The notes: generated by a model from the letters alone, not told the origin. A stretch of 64,000 nucleotides of DNA from Armatimonadota bacterium (GCA_041690135.1 JAWLHY010000003.1:128001-192000); one strand, 5' to 3'; positions 1 through 9,285 are shown, counted from the first letter of the stretch. Numbers and translations: made by a program.

Positions 1-1482
1 GAACCCGACCGTCTGGCCGAGGGCATCCGTCGCCGTCCCTCCGGGGAAGAGGTACTCCAGCACATTGGCACTACAGCCGGAGAAGGTGGAGTGCCCTGAG
101 GTGTACGAAGGGAAGGGCGGCGTTACCACCGGCGTGAGGAAGGCCGGATCATAGAACGGCTGGTCCGAGAGCGTGCGGATCAGCGTGATGGGACGGGGTA
201 CCCAGAAGGCGTACTTCGAGTCCCAACAACAGATGGCGCTGTCCGCTACCCCCACGCCGAGCATCGCCAGGGCGCGCGCCGCGCGAGGCGCGCTCCACTT
301 CGAATTCGCCAGGTGCTGCCGGGCGATTTCCATCCAGTGCCCCGGCGGCGTTACGGTGCCAGCCCCGTCGGCCCAAAACTGGGCGATGGTGAGGTAGTGC
401 GGGTTCTGCGGGATGGCATCCACGAAGTCCTTAACCTCCTGGGTCTGCGCCAGGATGGCGGCGTTCGGAAACTCTCCCTGCATAATCTCAGGCAGGCCCG
501 GTCGGAACTGGTCGCCGGAGGCCATGAGCCAGGGTTTCCAGTAACCGGCCAGGGGGTGGAGTGGGGGGAAGGCGTTGGCGGGCGGGGTGGGTACCCAGTA
601 CTCCGGCCCCACCAGGCGACCGGGCTGGTTGACGGAGTCCCACACCGCGCTGGAGCCATCGGAAAGACCGCGCTGGACCGCCAGCAAGCCGATTGCCTGG
701 CCCATCTGGAAGGCGGCGACCAGGTCGCTGCGGTAGTTCGCGCCGGCCCACAGCCGGGATTCGGCCGCTTCGGTGGCCAGCGAGTCCCAGGTGCGAGCTT
801 CCCCGCCCAGCACCACGGTGCCCGTCGGATAGAGATAATTCAATACCGTCGCCGCCGCCGCCGCCACCGCCGCGTGCTCCGAGGGATAGCTGTAAAGGGT
901 GCGGTCCACGCTCGACAGCGAACGAATCCGCCGGTCCTGGCGCATGGGGGCGAGGCGGCGGTAGCGGAACTTGGCGTCCCATACGGCAATGGTGGCATCG
1001 GCCATCGCCGTGTGGAACAGGGCGAGGGCGCGAGCGGTCAGGACGGGGTCGGTCTTGGCCTGCTTGACCTTCTCCAACAGGATCTGGTTCCAGGCCGGCA
1101 CCCCTCCCTGGGCATCCCAGAACTGGACGATGGCGTTCGTGGCGTCGCTGCGCTGGCGCTGGAGCGTGATCAGTTCCTTGATCTCCCGGCCGACCGGCAG
1201 ACCGCGGGGATAGATCGGGGGGCGCAGCGCCGCGACCGAAGGCGCCAGCCACGTCTGCCAGGTACCCGCGTCTCGATCGAGTGGATCCCGCTTCCGGCGC
1301 TTGCGCCGGAGCGCGAGGACCTCCTGCGCGCCCGCCGGGCCGGCGGCGGCCAGTGCCAGGGGCGAAACCGCGGCCACGCGCAGCAGGGTGCGGCGACTGA
1401 TCTCGGGAGAGTTGGAGAGCTGAACAGGGATGGAATCTGGAGAATTGCCGGGATCACCAGCGGGGAGCTCATGCTTGTTCAT
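1..1482 (-). CDS. Tat-exported vanadium-dependent haloperoxidase/PAP2-superfamily protein with two tandem PAP2-like domains; 3' end beyond left edge
   Basis: Translated by hand (absent from ORF track because no stop in window). ATG at 1482, Tat signal SRRTLLRVAAVSPLALAAAGPAGAQE. Domain 2 has KYAFWVPRP (Kx6RP) and TPPFPSYTSGHSTFS; domain 1 has KFRYRRLAP, YPSEH, SRLWAGANYRSD. Confidence 0.88.
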   Translation of the reverse strand, partial: MNKHELPAGDPGNSPDSIPVQLSNSPEISRRTLLRVAAVSPLALAAAGPAGAQEVLALRRKRRKRDPLDRDAGTWQTWLAPSVAALRPPIYPRGLPVGREIKELITLQRQRSDATNAIVQFWDAQGGVPAWNQILLEKVKQAKTDPVLTARALALFHTAMADATIAVWDAKFRYRRLAPMRQDRRIRSLSSVDRTLYSYPSEHAAVAAAAATVLNYLYPTGTVVLGGEARTWDSLATEAAESRLWAGANYRSDLVAAFQMGQAIGLLAVQRGLSDGSSAVWDSVNQPGRLVGPEYWVPTPPANAFPPLHPLAGYWKPWLMASGDQFRPGLPEIMQGEFPNAAILAQTQEVKDFVDAIPQNPHYLTIAQFWADGAGTVTPPGHWMEIARQHLANSKWSAPRAARALAMLGVGVADSAICCWDSKYAFWVPRPITLIRTLSDQPFYDPAFLTPVVTPPFPSYTSGHSTFSGCSANVLEYLFPGGTATDALGQTVGF

Positions 1483-1702
1483 GATGGAGGCTCTAAATGA
1501 TTTCTCGCACGGAGTGCGGATAAGGATGAGCGAGGGGGCAGCGCCTGATAGTCAGGGACAGGTAGCGGCCGCCGGGTAGCTCACTGATAACCATACCATG
1601 CAAATTGCGCGAGTAGCCGTTAAGGTTTGTTAAGCTGCTGTCGGTCGAGGAAGCAAGCATGGAAAGGAGCAGCAAAGTGGAGCGAGGGCGAGGGTTCTGA
1701 CT

Positions 1703-2098
1703 CTACCGACAGTAACCCCTAACCACCTCTACCAGGATCTTCAGGTCCACCGGCTTCCGGAGGTATCCGTCCACATCCAGGTAGGTTACCTGGTGATGGA
1801 CGTCGTCCACGCCGGACAGCACCACGATGGGGATATCGCAGACCTCCGGAATCCGCTTCATCGCGGGGCGGACGTCCCAGCCGCTCATCACCGGCATCAT
1901 CAGGTCGAGGAGAACCAGACGGGGTCGGTGGTCGAGGGCCATCCGGATTCCCTCTTCTCCATTCGCGGCGGTGGCGGTAGAAAAGCCGTGGTCGGCCAGG
2001 ACTTCGGCCAGCGACTCACGGGTGTCCCGATCGTCATCGATGATCAGGATCGTACTGGTGAGGGGGGGTGATGCGGGCATGGGGCTGTTCCATCGCAT
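1703..2098 (-). CDS. Single-domain response regulator (receiver)
   Basis: ILIIDDD, LVLLDLMMPVMSG, YLRKPVD receiver motifs; start may be 2080. Confidence 0.9.
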   Translation of the reverse strand: MRWNSPMPASPPLTSTILIIDDDRDTRESLAEVLADHGFSTATAANGEEGIRMALDHRPRLVLLDLMMPVMSGWDVRPAMKRIPEVCDIPIVVLSGVDDVHHQVTYLDVDGYLRKPVDLKILVEVVRGYCR

Positions 2099-2304
2099 TC
2101 GGCCGGGGTACTGCCCGGCACGGGATTATCTTTGTCAGGGCGGCTATTATTCACCTCCAGAGAATCCTTGCAAGATTCGTGCCGATTTGAGGCAGGTGTC
2201 GGCCGCCGACAGCCGCGAAACTAACATCCAAAGTCCGCCTGCGCAGACAGGCTGTCCAGGGGAGGGGGCTGCCCGGTATTCCACCTCACCCCAGGGAAAA
2301 TGCG

Positions 2305-2814
2305 ATGGTCCCCCTGTTGTTCCTGTTTCTGGCCGCCCAGATTCCGGGTGTGCCGCGTTCCCAGCCACTCCCACGGCCCAAGGCACCGCCCCGGCCGCCG
2401 ACCAGCATTGCGCTGGTGATCAAAGCCGGCGGCAGGGAGGTCCGCACGACGGTGTTGCCCAGGCAACCTCCACCGGCCCGGCGGAGCACCGCCCAGGCAG
2501 TCGCCGGCGAGACGCCGCAGGTGCGCTGGATGGTCCAGAATGAGGGCCAGAAGACCCCTCTTCGCAGCGTTGTGGTGCACTTTTTGATTCACCGGATCGA
2601 GGAGCCGAACCAGCCACTCGCCGAGGAGCCGCAGAAGGGCTCCTTCGCGGACCAGGTGCTGGGGACGGACCTGAAGCCCCGGGGCAAGACCACCGGAAAC
2701 TACAACACTCCGATCTACACGCCGGGGGTTTACCTGGTGGAATTGGAGCTTCTGGACCCCACGGGCACGCGCCTGCAGTATGCCGCCCTCGATCTCACCG
2801 TCACCGAACGTTAG
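2305..2814 (+). CDS. Secreted hypothetical protein, probable Ig-like beta-sandwich; paralogue of next gene
   Basis: Hydrophobic N-terminus, Pro-rich linker, PGVYLVELE motif, ends AALDLTV. Confidence 0.7.
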   Translation: MVPLLFLFLAAQIPGVPRSQPLPRPKAPPRPPTSIALVIKAGGREVRTTVLPRQPPPARRSTAQAVAGETPQVRWMVQNEGQKTPLRSVVVHFLIHRIEEPNQPLAEEPQKGSFADQVLGTDLKPRGKTTGNYNTPIYTPGVYLVELELLDPTGTRLQYAALDLTVTER

Positions 2815-2880
2815 AAACTCCCGCGGGGACAAGTGAAGACGAGGGGAAGCCGGAAAACAATAGGGAACGAAGGGAAAGCG

Positions 2881-3393
2881 ATGCGACTGCGGATGATTTT
2901 GCTGGCGGTGGGTGCGCTCGGCACGGCGGCAGCGTGGACGGGATGGAGTGCCCGCCCCGCCGGGGCAGAGCACTTCGACATTGGCTTACTGGTTCAGACG
3001 TCCCAGGGCCGTGCTGAATCCAGTTGGGATACGCATCCGCCGGAGGGAGGTCTCAATCCCCGGCCCTCCGTGGAGGCGAAGGTGGGAGAAGACATTCCCA
3101 TTGAGTGGCGGATGGAAAGCGAGTTCCCGCATGGGGTGATGAAGGATGTGGTGATCCGCCTGTTTATCGTGCGGGAGAAAGAGATCGGGCAAAAGGAATT
3201 GCCGCCGGCCACCGAACCGCGGCTGCTGGACAACAGCTTCCGGGCCGACTTCCTCCCGCACCACCGCGCGCGAGGACACGTATACTTCCGGCCGAAGGAA
3301 CCGGGGAATTACCTGATCCGGCTGGACAGCGAATTCACCTTCAAAGAACACGGCCACGAGCACTTCGGAGCCGTGGACCTGAAAGTGGAGTAA
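2881..3393 (+). CDS. Secreted hypothetical protein, probable Ig-like beta-sandwich with His-rich C-terminus
   Basis: Signal peptide MRLRMILLAVGALGTAAA; PGNYLIRLD; ends EHGHEHFGAVDLKVE. Confidence 0.75.
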   Translation: MRLRMILLAVGALGTAAAWTGWSARPAGAEHFDIGLLVQTSQGRAESSWDTHPPEGGLNPRPSVEAKVGEDIPIEWRMESEFPHGVMKDVVIRLFIVREKEIGQKELPPATEPRLLDNSFRADFLPHHRARGHVYFRPKEPGNYLIRLDSEFTFKEHGHEHFGAVDLKVE

Positions 3394-3417
3394 GAGCTTT
3401 GCAATAGTTAGGTTGGC

Positions 3418-3510
3418 AGCCCCGGAGGGGCGAAAGACAATAGCCGGGGGTGAGCGTAGCGCTGCCCCCGGACAGCTTCCGGGCACCCCGAGCCCTAGAG
3501 GGGCGGCAGA
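3418..3510. repeat. REP-like palindromic doublet
   Basis: AGCCCCGGAGGGGCGAAAGA (3418-3437) and AGCCCTAGAGGGGCGGCAGA (3491-3510) flank a CCGGGGG...CCCCCGG hairpin (3444-3471), between convergent genes. Confidence 0.65.
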
Positions 3511-3550
3511 GGAGCGCCGCCCCGCGAGCCGAAGTGCTGGGATACAGGAT

Positions 3551-3760
3551 TTAGCGCCGCGGCTGCGAGGTGTAGAAGATCAGCCCGACAAGCGCCAGGA
3601 GGCCGACCGCCTGGAGGGCGGGATGACGGAAGAGGAATACTCCCGTCATCGCCGCCAGGGCGGCCGCCAGGACGGCCGCACCCGGAAACTTACGCCCCGC
3701 GCGCCAGACGAACAACACGCTCATCAACAGCACGATCACCAGCAGGGCGCGAACAGCCAT
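3551..3760 (-). CDS. Small membrane protein (2-3 TM)
   Basis: 69 aa, strongly hydrophobic, starts 5 nt after the ligase-like gene stop. Confidence 0.65.
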   Translation of the reverse strand: MAVRALLVIVLLMSVLFVWRAGRKFPGAAVLAAALAAMTGVFLFRHPALQAVGLLALVGLIFYTSQPRR

Positions 3761-3765
3761 AGGAC

Positions 3766-4809
3766 TTACCGGGCTCCTGTCGCCACCAGGTCTTCAGGGA
3801 GGCGGCAGGTGTCGGCGGCACCCTCCCCTACGAGGCCCACGAAGGTGGCCGACCGCATCACTCCGTTCTCGGCCCACCCCTGGTGCCGAACCCGACACAC
3901 CAGCTTGGGTAGCACCCAGTTCGGCAGCCCCTTTGCTTCAGGCATCTCGTGGAACGGACACGCCCGCTGCTTCCAGCGCAGCAGGTCCTGATGCAGGGTG
4001 CGGAGCGTTTGCGCGTCCATCCCGGTACCGGTATGCCCGATATACACCAACTGGTCGCCGCGGTAGAGGCCGAGCAGCAGCGTTCCGATCGACCCGGCGC
4101 GTGCGCCGCGCCCCTCGGTCCAGCCGCAGATCACGGCGTCCACCACTTCCATCGGCTTGATATTCAGCCAGTCTCGCGTTTTCTCTCCGGCGTAATAACG
4201 GCCCCGCAAGCGTTTGGCCATCACGGCCTCCAGGTCCTGCTCCTTGGAGCGGCGTAGTGCCGCGGCGCCATCGGTAAAGACCGGAGAAAGGCGCACGCGC
4301 GGCGTCGCTTTCAGGTCGACCGCTCGCGTCAGGATGTCGCGGCGCTCGTCCCAGTTGACGTCGAGCAACCAGCTATCCCCGATGCGCAGGATATCGTAGA
4401 TCACATAGGTAACCGGCATCTCCTCGATCAACTGCGCCAGAACCTCCGGCTGGGTGGTGGTAATGCGGCGTCGCAGGGCCGTGGGCGAAGGACGCTCCCC
4501 TTCCATTACTACCAGCTCGCCGTCGAGCAGCACCCACTCCGGCATGGCGGCCTTGCGGAGGGCGGCGAGTTCCGGAAACCAATCGCTGCTCTCCTGGCCC
4601 GTGCCGGAACGCAGGGAAAGCTGCGTGCCTTCCAGCCCCGCCAGTACCCGGAGCCCATCCCACCGGATTTCGTAAGCGTGTTCGTCGCTGTCCAACGGCC
4701 CGGCGGCGCTGGTGGGCAGCATGGGGAGGAATCCTTCGGGTAGGATTCGATGTGTGTTCCAGGCAGAACCGGGAACGTAGGCGCGTTTTAGATCGACAAT
4801 TTCCGACAT
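3766..4809 (-). CDS. ATP-dependent DNA ligase (LigD/LigC ligase + OB domain) homologue with substituted active site
   Basis: YEIRWDGLR (motif I), LLDGELV (III), YVIYDIL (IIIa), EAVMAK (IV), WLNIK (V), OB domain YIGHTGTG. Confidence 0.85.
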   Translation of the reverse strand: MSEIVDLKRAYVPGSAWNTHRILPEGFLPMLPTSAAGPLDSDEHAYEIRWDGLRVLAGLEGTQLSLRSGTGQESSDWFPELAALRKAAMPEWVLLDGELVVMEGERPSPTALRRRITTTQPEVLAQLIEEMPVTYVIYDILRIGDSWLLDVNWDERRDILTRAVDLKATPRVRLSPVFTDGAAALRRSKEQDLEAVMAKRLRGRYYAGEKTRDWLNIKPMEVVDAVICGWTEGRGARAGSIGTLLLGLYRGDQLVYIGHTGTGMDAQTLRTLHQDLLRWKQRACPFHEMPEAKGLPNWVLPKLVCRVRHQGWAENGVMRSATFVGLVGEGAADTCRLPEDLVATGAR

Positions 4810-5177
4810 GGTTACAGCAAATCCATCCGGAGGAAGAGAGGGTATAGTAGGCGCTCTTCGCGTCTGCTCATGATACGAGAATTTCCCACTTTTATCCGGA
4901 ATATGTTGGTCTTAAATGATGGTGAGAGTGGCTTTCAATGGAGCAATCGCCGCCCCGTAAGGATGCTCTCCAGGGGCCTGCTTCGCCGCTTACCCGTCCG
5001 GTGTCCGGACTGTTTATTCGTCAGCACAGAGCAATTAACGGGTTCCACAGACATCAGAGTTCCCGCTTCGGCCGGCCGCTATTACCCCGAGGGTTTATCA
5101 CGTGGAACACCGAATAGGGTAGAAGCCGCAGCCTCGTCGGGAGGCGGAGTTCCACGATTCTATAGAGGAGAGGGGAG

Positions 5178-6296
5178 ATGGCGGAAAAGAGCTATCGCGC
5201 GGCCGTTATCGGGCGCACCGGGCAGGGCGATTACGGGCACGGCCTGGACGTCGTCTACAACGGTATGACAAATGTCAAGGTGGCGGCCGTTGCCGATCCC
5301 GATGAGCAGGGACGGGCCCGCTGCGCCGCCCGAACAGGGGCCACGGAGCAGTTCGCCGACTACCGGCAGATGCTGGAGAAGGTGAGGCCGGATCTCGTTT
5401 CCATCGGACCGCGGTGGATCGATTGTCACCATGAAATGGTACTGGCTTGCTGCGCCGCCGGTGTCAAGGGCATCTACTGCGAGAAGCCGTTCGCGCGCTC
5501 GCTGGCGGAAGCCGATGAGATGGTTGCGGCTTGCAAGAAGGCGGGGACCTATCTCGCCGTAGCGCATCAAAACCGCGCGATTCCGTACCTGCCGCACGTC
5601 AAGCGGTTGATCGAGAGTGGTGCGATCGGCAAGTTGATGCGGGTGCGGGGAAAGGGCAAAGACGACGCGCGCGGCGGAGCGCAGGACCTGATCGTGCTGG
5701 GAACGCATGTGCTCGATATCATGCGCGCCGTGGCAGGAGATCCGGTATGGGCGTTCGGCCATATCCGCCAGGATGGTCGCGATCTGACCCGCGCGGAGGT
5801 GCGCGAGGGCGGAGAGCGGTTGGGACCGCTGGGCGGAAACAACCTTACGGGTTATTACGCGTTTCCTCACGGCGTGGCCGGTTCTTTTGAATCGTATGTC
5901 AGCAAGGGGAGTGGTCGCTTCATGGGCGTCTGGTTTGAAGGCACGGAGGGGACCCTCACCTTCCATGGCGGCTTCGACAAGCAGGTCTACCTCTGCAAGA
6001 CGCCGCAATGGACTCCGGAATTGGGCGGCGGAGCCTGGGAGCGTATCCGTCTGCCGGGCTGGGACAACGGTCCGGATGGACACGCCCGCTCCGGCGCCGA
6101 GATGCTGGTGCTCGCCAACCAGCGGATGGTGCAGGGCCTGATCGACTGCATCGAGAAGGGGGGAACCCACTTCTCCAGCGGCGAGGATGCTCGCTGGGCG
6201 ATGGAAATGTATTTCGGGATCCCCGAGAGCCAGCGCACCGGAGGCCGTGTCAAGCTTCCGATGGAGAACCGCCGGAACCCGTGGTCGCTACTGTAG
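5178..6296 (+). CDS. Gfo/Idh/MocA family oxidoreductase
   Basis: N-terminal Rossmann fold, IYCEKPF, GTHVLD; SD GAGGAG upstream. Confidence 0.9.
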   Translation: MAEKSYRAAVIGRTGQGDYGHGLDVVYNGMTNVKVAAVADPDEQGRARCAARTGATEQFADYRQMLEKVRPDLVSIGPRWIDCHHEMVLACCAAGVKGIYCEKPFARSLAEADEMVAACKKAGTYLAVAHQNRAIPYLPHVKRLIESGAIGKLMRVRGKGKDDARGGAQDLIVLGTHVLDIMRAVAGDPVWAFGHIRQDGRDLTRAEVREGGERLGPLGGNNLTGYYAFPHGVAGSFESYVSKGSGRFMGVWFEGTEGTLTFHGGFDKQVYLCKTPQWTPELGGGAWERIRLPGWDNGPDGHARSGAEMLVLANQRMVQGLIDCIEKGGTHFSSGEDARWAMEMYFGIPESQRTGGRVKLPMENRRNPWSLL

Positions 6297-6355
6297 TCAC
6301 CGGCTGTTCATGCACAGGGACATGTGAGATGGAGTCAGGAGAGAAGAAGTTGAGG

Positions 6356-7558
6356 ATGTCAGGGGTTCGGTTTGCGCTGCTGCTGGCCGTGGGAGCCATG
6401 GGGATGCCTTTAGGACTGGGATCGACGACGGCCGCGGCGACGCAGGCCGGGGCTGCAGCGGACCTCGCGCTCCAGGCGCCGCGGGTCATTACCGCGCCGG
6501 GTCCGGAGTACGGCCCGGCGACCCGCGTATTCCAGGGGATTCCGGGGTTGGAGCGGGCCGCGAACGGCCGCCTTTGGGCCACCTGGTACGGCGGCGGACC
6601 GGACGAAGGCCCCGACAACTACGTGATGCTCGCTACCAGCGCCGATGAAGGAAAGAGCTGGTCCGGCGTGCGGCTGGTGGTCGATCCCGAGGGACCGATC
6701 CGCGCTTTCGATCCGTGTCTTTGGGTCGACCCGCGCGGCCGCCTCTGGCTCTTCTGGGCGCAAGCCCACTCCTGGTGGGACGGCCGCGCCGGTGTGTGGG
6801 CGATCCGCACGGACGAGCCGGGGAAAGAGAACCCCACCTGGACCCGCCCGCGGCGCCTCTGCAACGGCATCATGATGAATAAGCCGACGGTCCTCAAGAA
6901 TGGGGAGTGGCTGCTTCCCACCTCCGTGTGGGACGTGCCCACCACCCGCGTGACCGAGCCCTCCGCCCGGCACGACCTGGGAGCGGAGATCGGCGCGAAC
7001 GTGGTCGTCTCCACGGATGCCGGCAAGACCTGGGCCCGCCGAGGTGGGGTGCGCTTTCCGGAGTGCATCTTCGACGAGCACATGCTGGTCGAGCGTCGAG
7101 ACGGCAACCTCTGGATGCTCGCCCGTACCCGCTACGGGATCGGCCACAGCACCTCCACCGACGGCGGTCGCACCTGGAGCCCGGGCGGCCCTTCCGGAAT
7201 CCCCCACATCAACGCCCGCTTCTTCATCCGGCGCCTCCGGTCCGGACGGCTGTTGCTGGTCCGCCACAACCCGCCGGGAGACAGCAAGCAGCGCTCGCAC
7301 CTGACCGCCTTCCTCTCGGACGACGACGGCAAGACGTGGAAGGGCGGCCTGCTTCTGGATGAACGAGCCGGCGTTTCTTATCCCGACGGCGTGGAGGCTC
7401 CCGACGGAACGCTCTCAGTGATCTACGACTACTCCCGCAAGGGTGACAAGCAGATCCTGATGGCGACCTTCACCGAAGAAGACGTGTTGGGCAGCCGCGG
7501 CGTCTCCCCCCGCTTCCGCCAGCGGGTAGTGGTAAACCAGGCTACCGGAGGCCGGTAG
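6356..7558 (+). CDS. Secreted sialidase-like BNR/Asp-box protein
   Basis: Asp-boxes SADEGKSW, STDAGKTW, STDGGRTW, SDDDGKTW; FQGIP and VSYPD motifs; signal peptide; start approximate. Confidence 0.85.
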   Translation: MSGVRFALLLAVGAMGMPLGLGSTTAAATQAGAAADLALQAPRVITAPGPEYGPATRVFQGIPGLERAANGRLWATWYGGGPDEGPDNYVMLATSADEGKSWSGVRLVVDPEGPIRAFDPCLWVDPRGRLWLFWAQAHSWWDGRAGVWAIRTDEPGKENPTWTRPRRLCNGIMMNKPTVLKNGEWLLPTSVWDVPTTRVTEPSARHDLGAEIGANVVVSTDAGKTWARRGGVRFPECIFDEHMLVERRDGNLWMLARTRYGIGHSTSTDGGRTWSPGGPSGIPHINARFFIRRLRSGRLLLVRHNPPGDSKQRSHLTAFLSDDDGKTWKGGLLLDERAGVSYPDGVEAPDGTLSVIYDYSRKGDKQILMATFTEEDVLGSRGVSPRFRQRVVVNQATGGR

Positions 7559-7567
7559 GAGTGGTGA

Positions 7568-7686
7568 TCCGCGAATTACGCGAATAGGACGAATGGGAAC
7601 GTTGGCGAGGGGTGAGGGGTGGGAGTGGTGAGTAGTGGAGTGGGGCGGGCGTCTCGCCCGTCCCGGTTCGATCACGATCACGAACG
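7568..7686. repeat. Intergenic mosaic of short repeats and a REP-like hairpin
   Basis: CGCGAATTA-CGCGAATAG nonamers, GTGGGGCGGGCGTCTCGCCCGTCC palindrome, CGATCA hexamer run. Confidence 0.5.
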
Positions 7687-7741
7687 GTGGAGGGGGGAGG
7701 ACGGTCGGAATCGAACGGGAGAGCAGAAAGGGACCCACTCC

Positions 7742-9187
7742 GTGAAAGCACTCCGCCCTCTCCTGATCATCCCTCTCCTTGTGGCCGGTACGCTGGCGGC
7801 CGGGAGTAGCCGCGCGGACGATCCGAAGCCGCGCCCCAACATCCTCTGGATCCTGGCGGAGGATTTCAGCCCTCACCTCGGCTGCTACGGGACGAAGGAA
7901 GTCCACACCCCCCACATCGACCGGCTGGCCGCGGAAGGGGTCCGCTATACCCGGGCATTTGCCACGGCCCCTGTCTGCTCGGCGAGCCGTTCGGCGTTCA
8001 TGACGGGGATGTACCAGACGACCATCGGGGCGCACAACCACCGCTCCCACCGCGACGACGGCTACCGGCTGCCCGACGGCGTGCGGGTGCTCACCGACTG
8101 GCTGCGCGACGCGGGTTACTTCACCGGAAACATCCGGACCTTTCCGCCGGACGTCAATCTGCGGGGGACCGGGAAGACGGATTGGAACTTCACCTATTTC
8201 GGCAAGCCGTTCGACACGGACCGCTGGGCCGATCTGAAGGGGAAGCAGCCGTTCTACGCCCAGGTGAACTTTCCGGAGACCCACCGGAAGTTCAACTCCC
8301 CCCGCCACGCGGACCCGGCGAAGGTGGAGATCCCACCCTACTACCCGGATCATCCCGTGGTACGGGAGGACTGGGCGCAGTACCTGGACGCCGCAACCGG
8401 ACTGGACGTGAAGGTCGGCAAGATGCTGAAGCAGCTCGAAGCGGACGGCCTGGCGGACAATACGGTGGTGGTCTTCATGGGCGACCATGGCCAGGCGCAT
8501 GTCCGCGGCAAGCAGTTCTGCTACGACAGCGGGCTGCAGATCCCCCTGATCATCCGGTGGCCGAAGAAGTTGCCCGCGCCCAGGCACTACCGGGCCGGCA
8601 CCGTGGACGACCGCCTCATCGCCGCCATCGACCTCGCCCCGACGATGCTGGGGTTTGCCGGGGTAGAGAAACCGGCCAAGATGCAAGGGGAGAAGTTCCT
8701 GGGGGAGCATTCCGTCAAGCGCATGTTTGTCTATGGGGCCCGCGACCGGTGCGACGAGACCGTCGCCCGGTTCCGGACGGTGCGGGACTCGCGCTATCGC
8801 TACATCCGCAACTTCATGCCGGAGCGTCCGCTCCTCCAGGCCAACGCCTATAAGGAGCGCTCCTACCCCGTCTGGAACCTCCTCAAGGAGCTCCACGCGC
8901 AGGGCAAGCTGAACCCGGTGCAGCAGTTCCTGGTCCAGCCCCGCATGCCGGAAGAGGAGCTCTACGACCTGGAGACCGATCCGCACGAGACGCGCAACCT
9001 GGCCGGGTCGACGAAACCCGAGCACCAGGCGGTGCGAGAACGCCTGAGCGTCGCCCTGGTGCACTGGATCGAGGAATCCGGCGACCAGGGCCGCACGCCC
9101 GAGCCGGCCGAGGTGGCCGGGGCCTCCGGCGCCACGAAGCCGGGTTCCAACCCGAATGCGCAGGCGATCCGGCCCGCCGCGCAGTAG
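7742..9187 (+). CDS. Secreted sulfatase (formylglycine-dependent)
   Basis: RPNILWILAED, CSASRSAFMTG, GDHG, EELYDLETDPHE; GTG start plus signal peptide. Confidence 0.92.
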   Translation: MKALRPLLIIPLLVAGTLAAGSSRADDPKPRPNILWILAEDFSPHLGCYGTKEVHTPHIDRLAAEGVRYTRAFATAPVCSASRSAFMTGMYQTTIGAHNHRSHRDDGYRLPDGVRVLTDWLRDAGYFTGNIRTFPPDVNLRGTGKTDWNFTYFGKPFDTDRWADLKGKQPFYAQVNFPETHRKFNSPRHADPAKVEIPPYYPDHPVVREDWAQYLDAATGLDVKVGKMLKQLEADGLADNTVVVFMGDHGQAHVRGKQFCYDSGLQIPLIIRWPKKLPAPRHYRAGTVDDRLIAAIDLAPTMLGFAGVEKPAKMQGEKFLGEHSVKRMFVYGARDRCDETVARFRTVRDSRYRYIRNFMPERPLLQANAYKERSYPVWNLLKELHAQGKLNPVQQFLVQPRMPEEELYDLETDPHETRNLAGSTKPEHQAVRERLSVALVHWIEESGDQGRTPEPAEVAGASGATKPGSNPNAQAIRPAAQ

Positions 9188-9189
9188 GA

Positions 9190-9280
9190 AGGTATGGAAG
9201 TAGTGGGGTGTGGTAGTAGGAACTTCGAATTCCGATGTCCCGCTACCGTTCTACCCCCACACTTCCATACTCCCATACTC
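9190..9280. repeat. Inverted short tandem repeats (CCCATACT-type) between convergent genes
   Basis: GGTATGGAAGTAGTGGGGTGTGG versus CCCCACACTTCCATACTCCCATACTC. Confidence 0.5.
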
Positions 9281-9285
9281 AGCGG

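Noticed and set aside
313-1500. 395-aa plus-strand ORF, and similar long antisense ORFs (e.g. 7415-9064, 13327-15288, 15983-17848, 38783-40411, 57253-58758)
   Set aside because: Shadow frames opposite well-supported genes, expected in high-GC DNA; no recognisable motifs
7975-7992. Sulfatase motif CSASR rather than CxPxR
   Set aside because: CxAxR is a known functional variant, so not unusual
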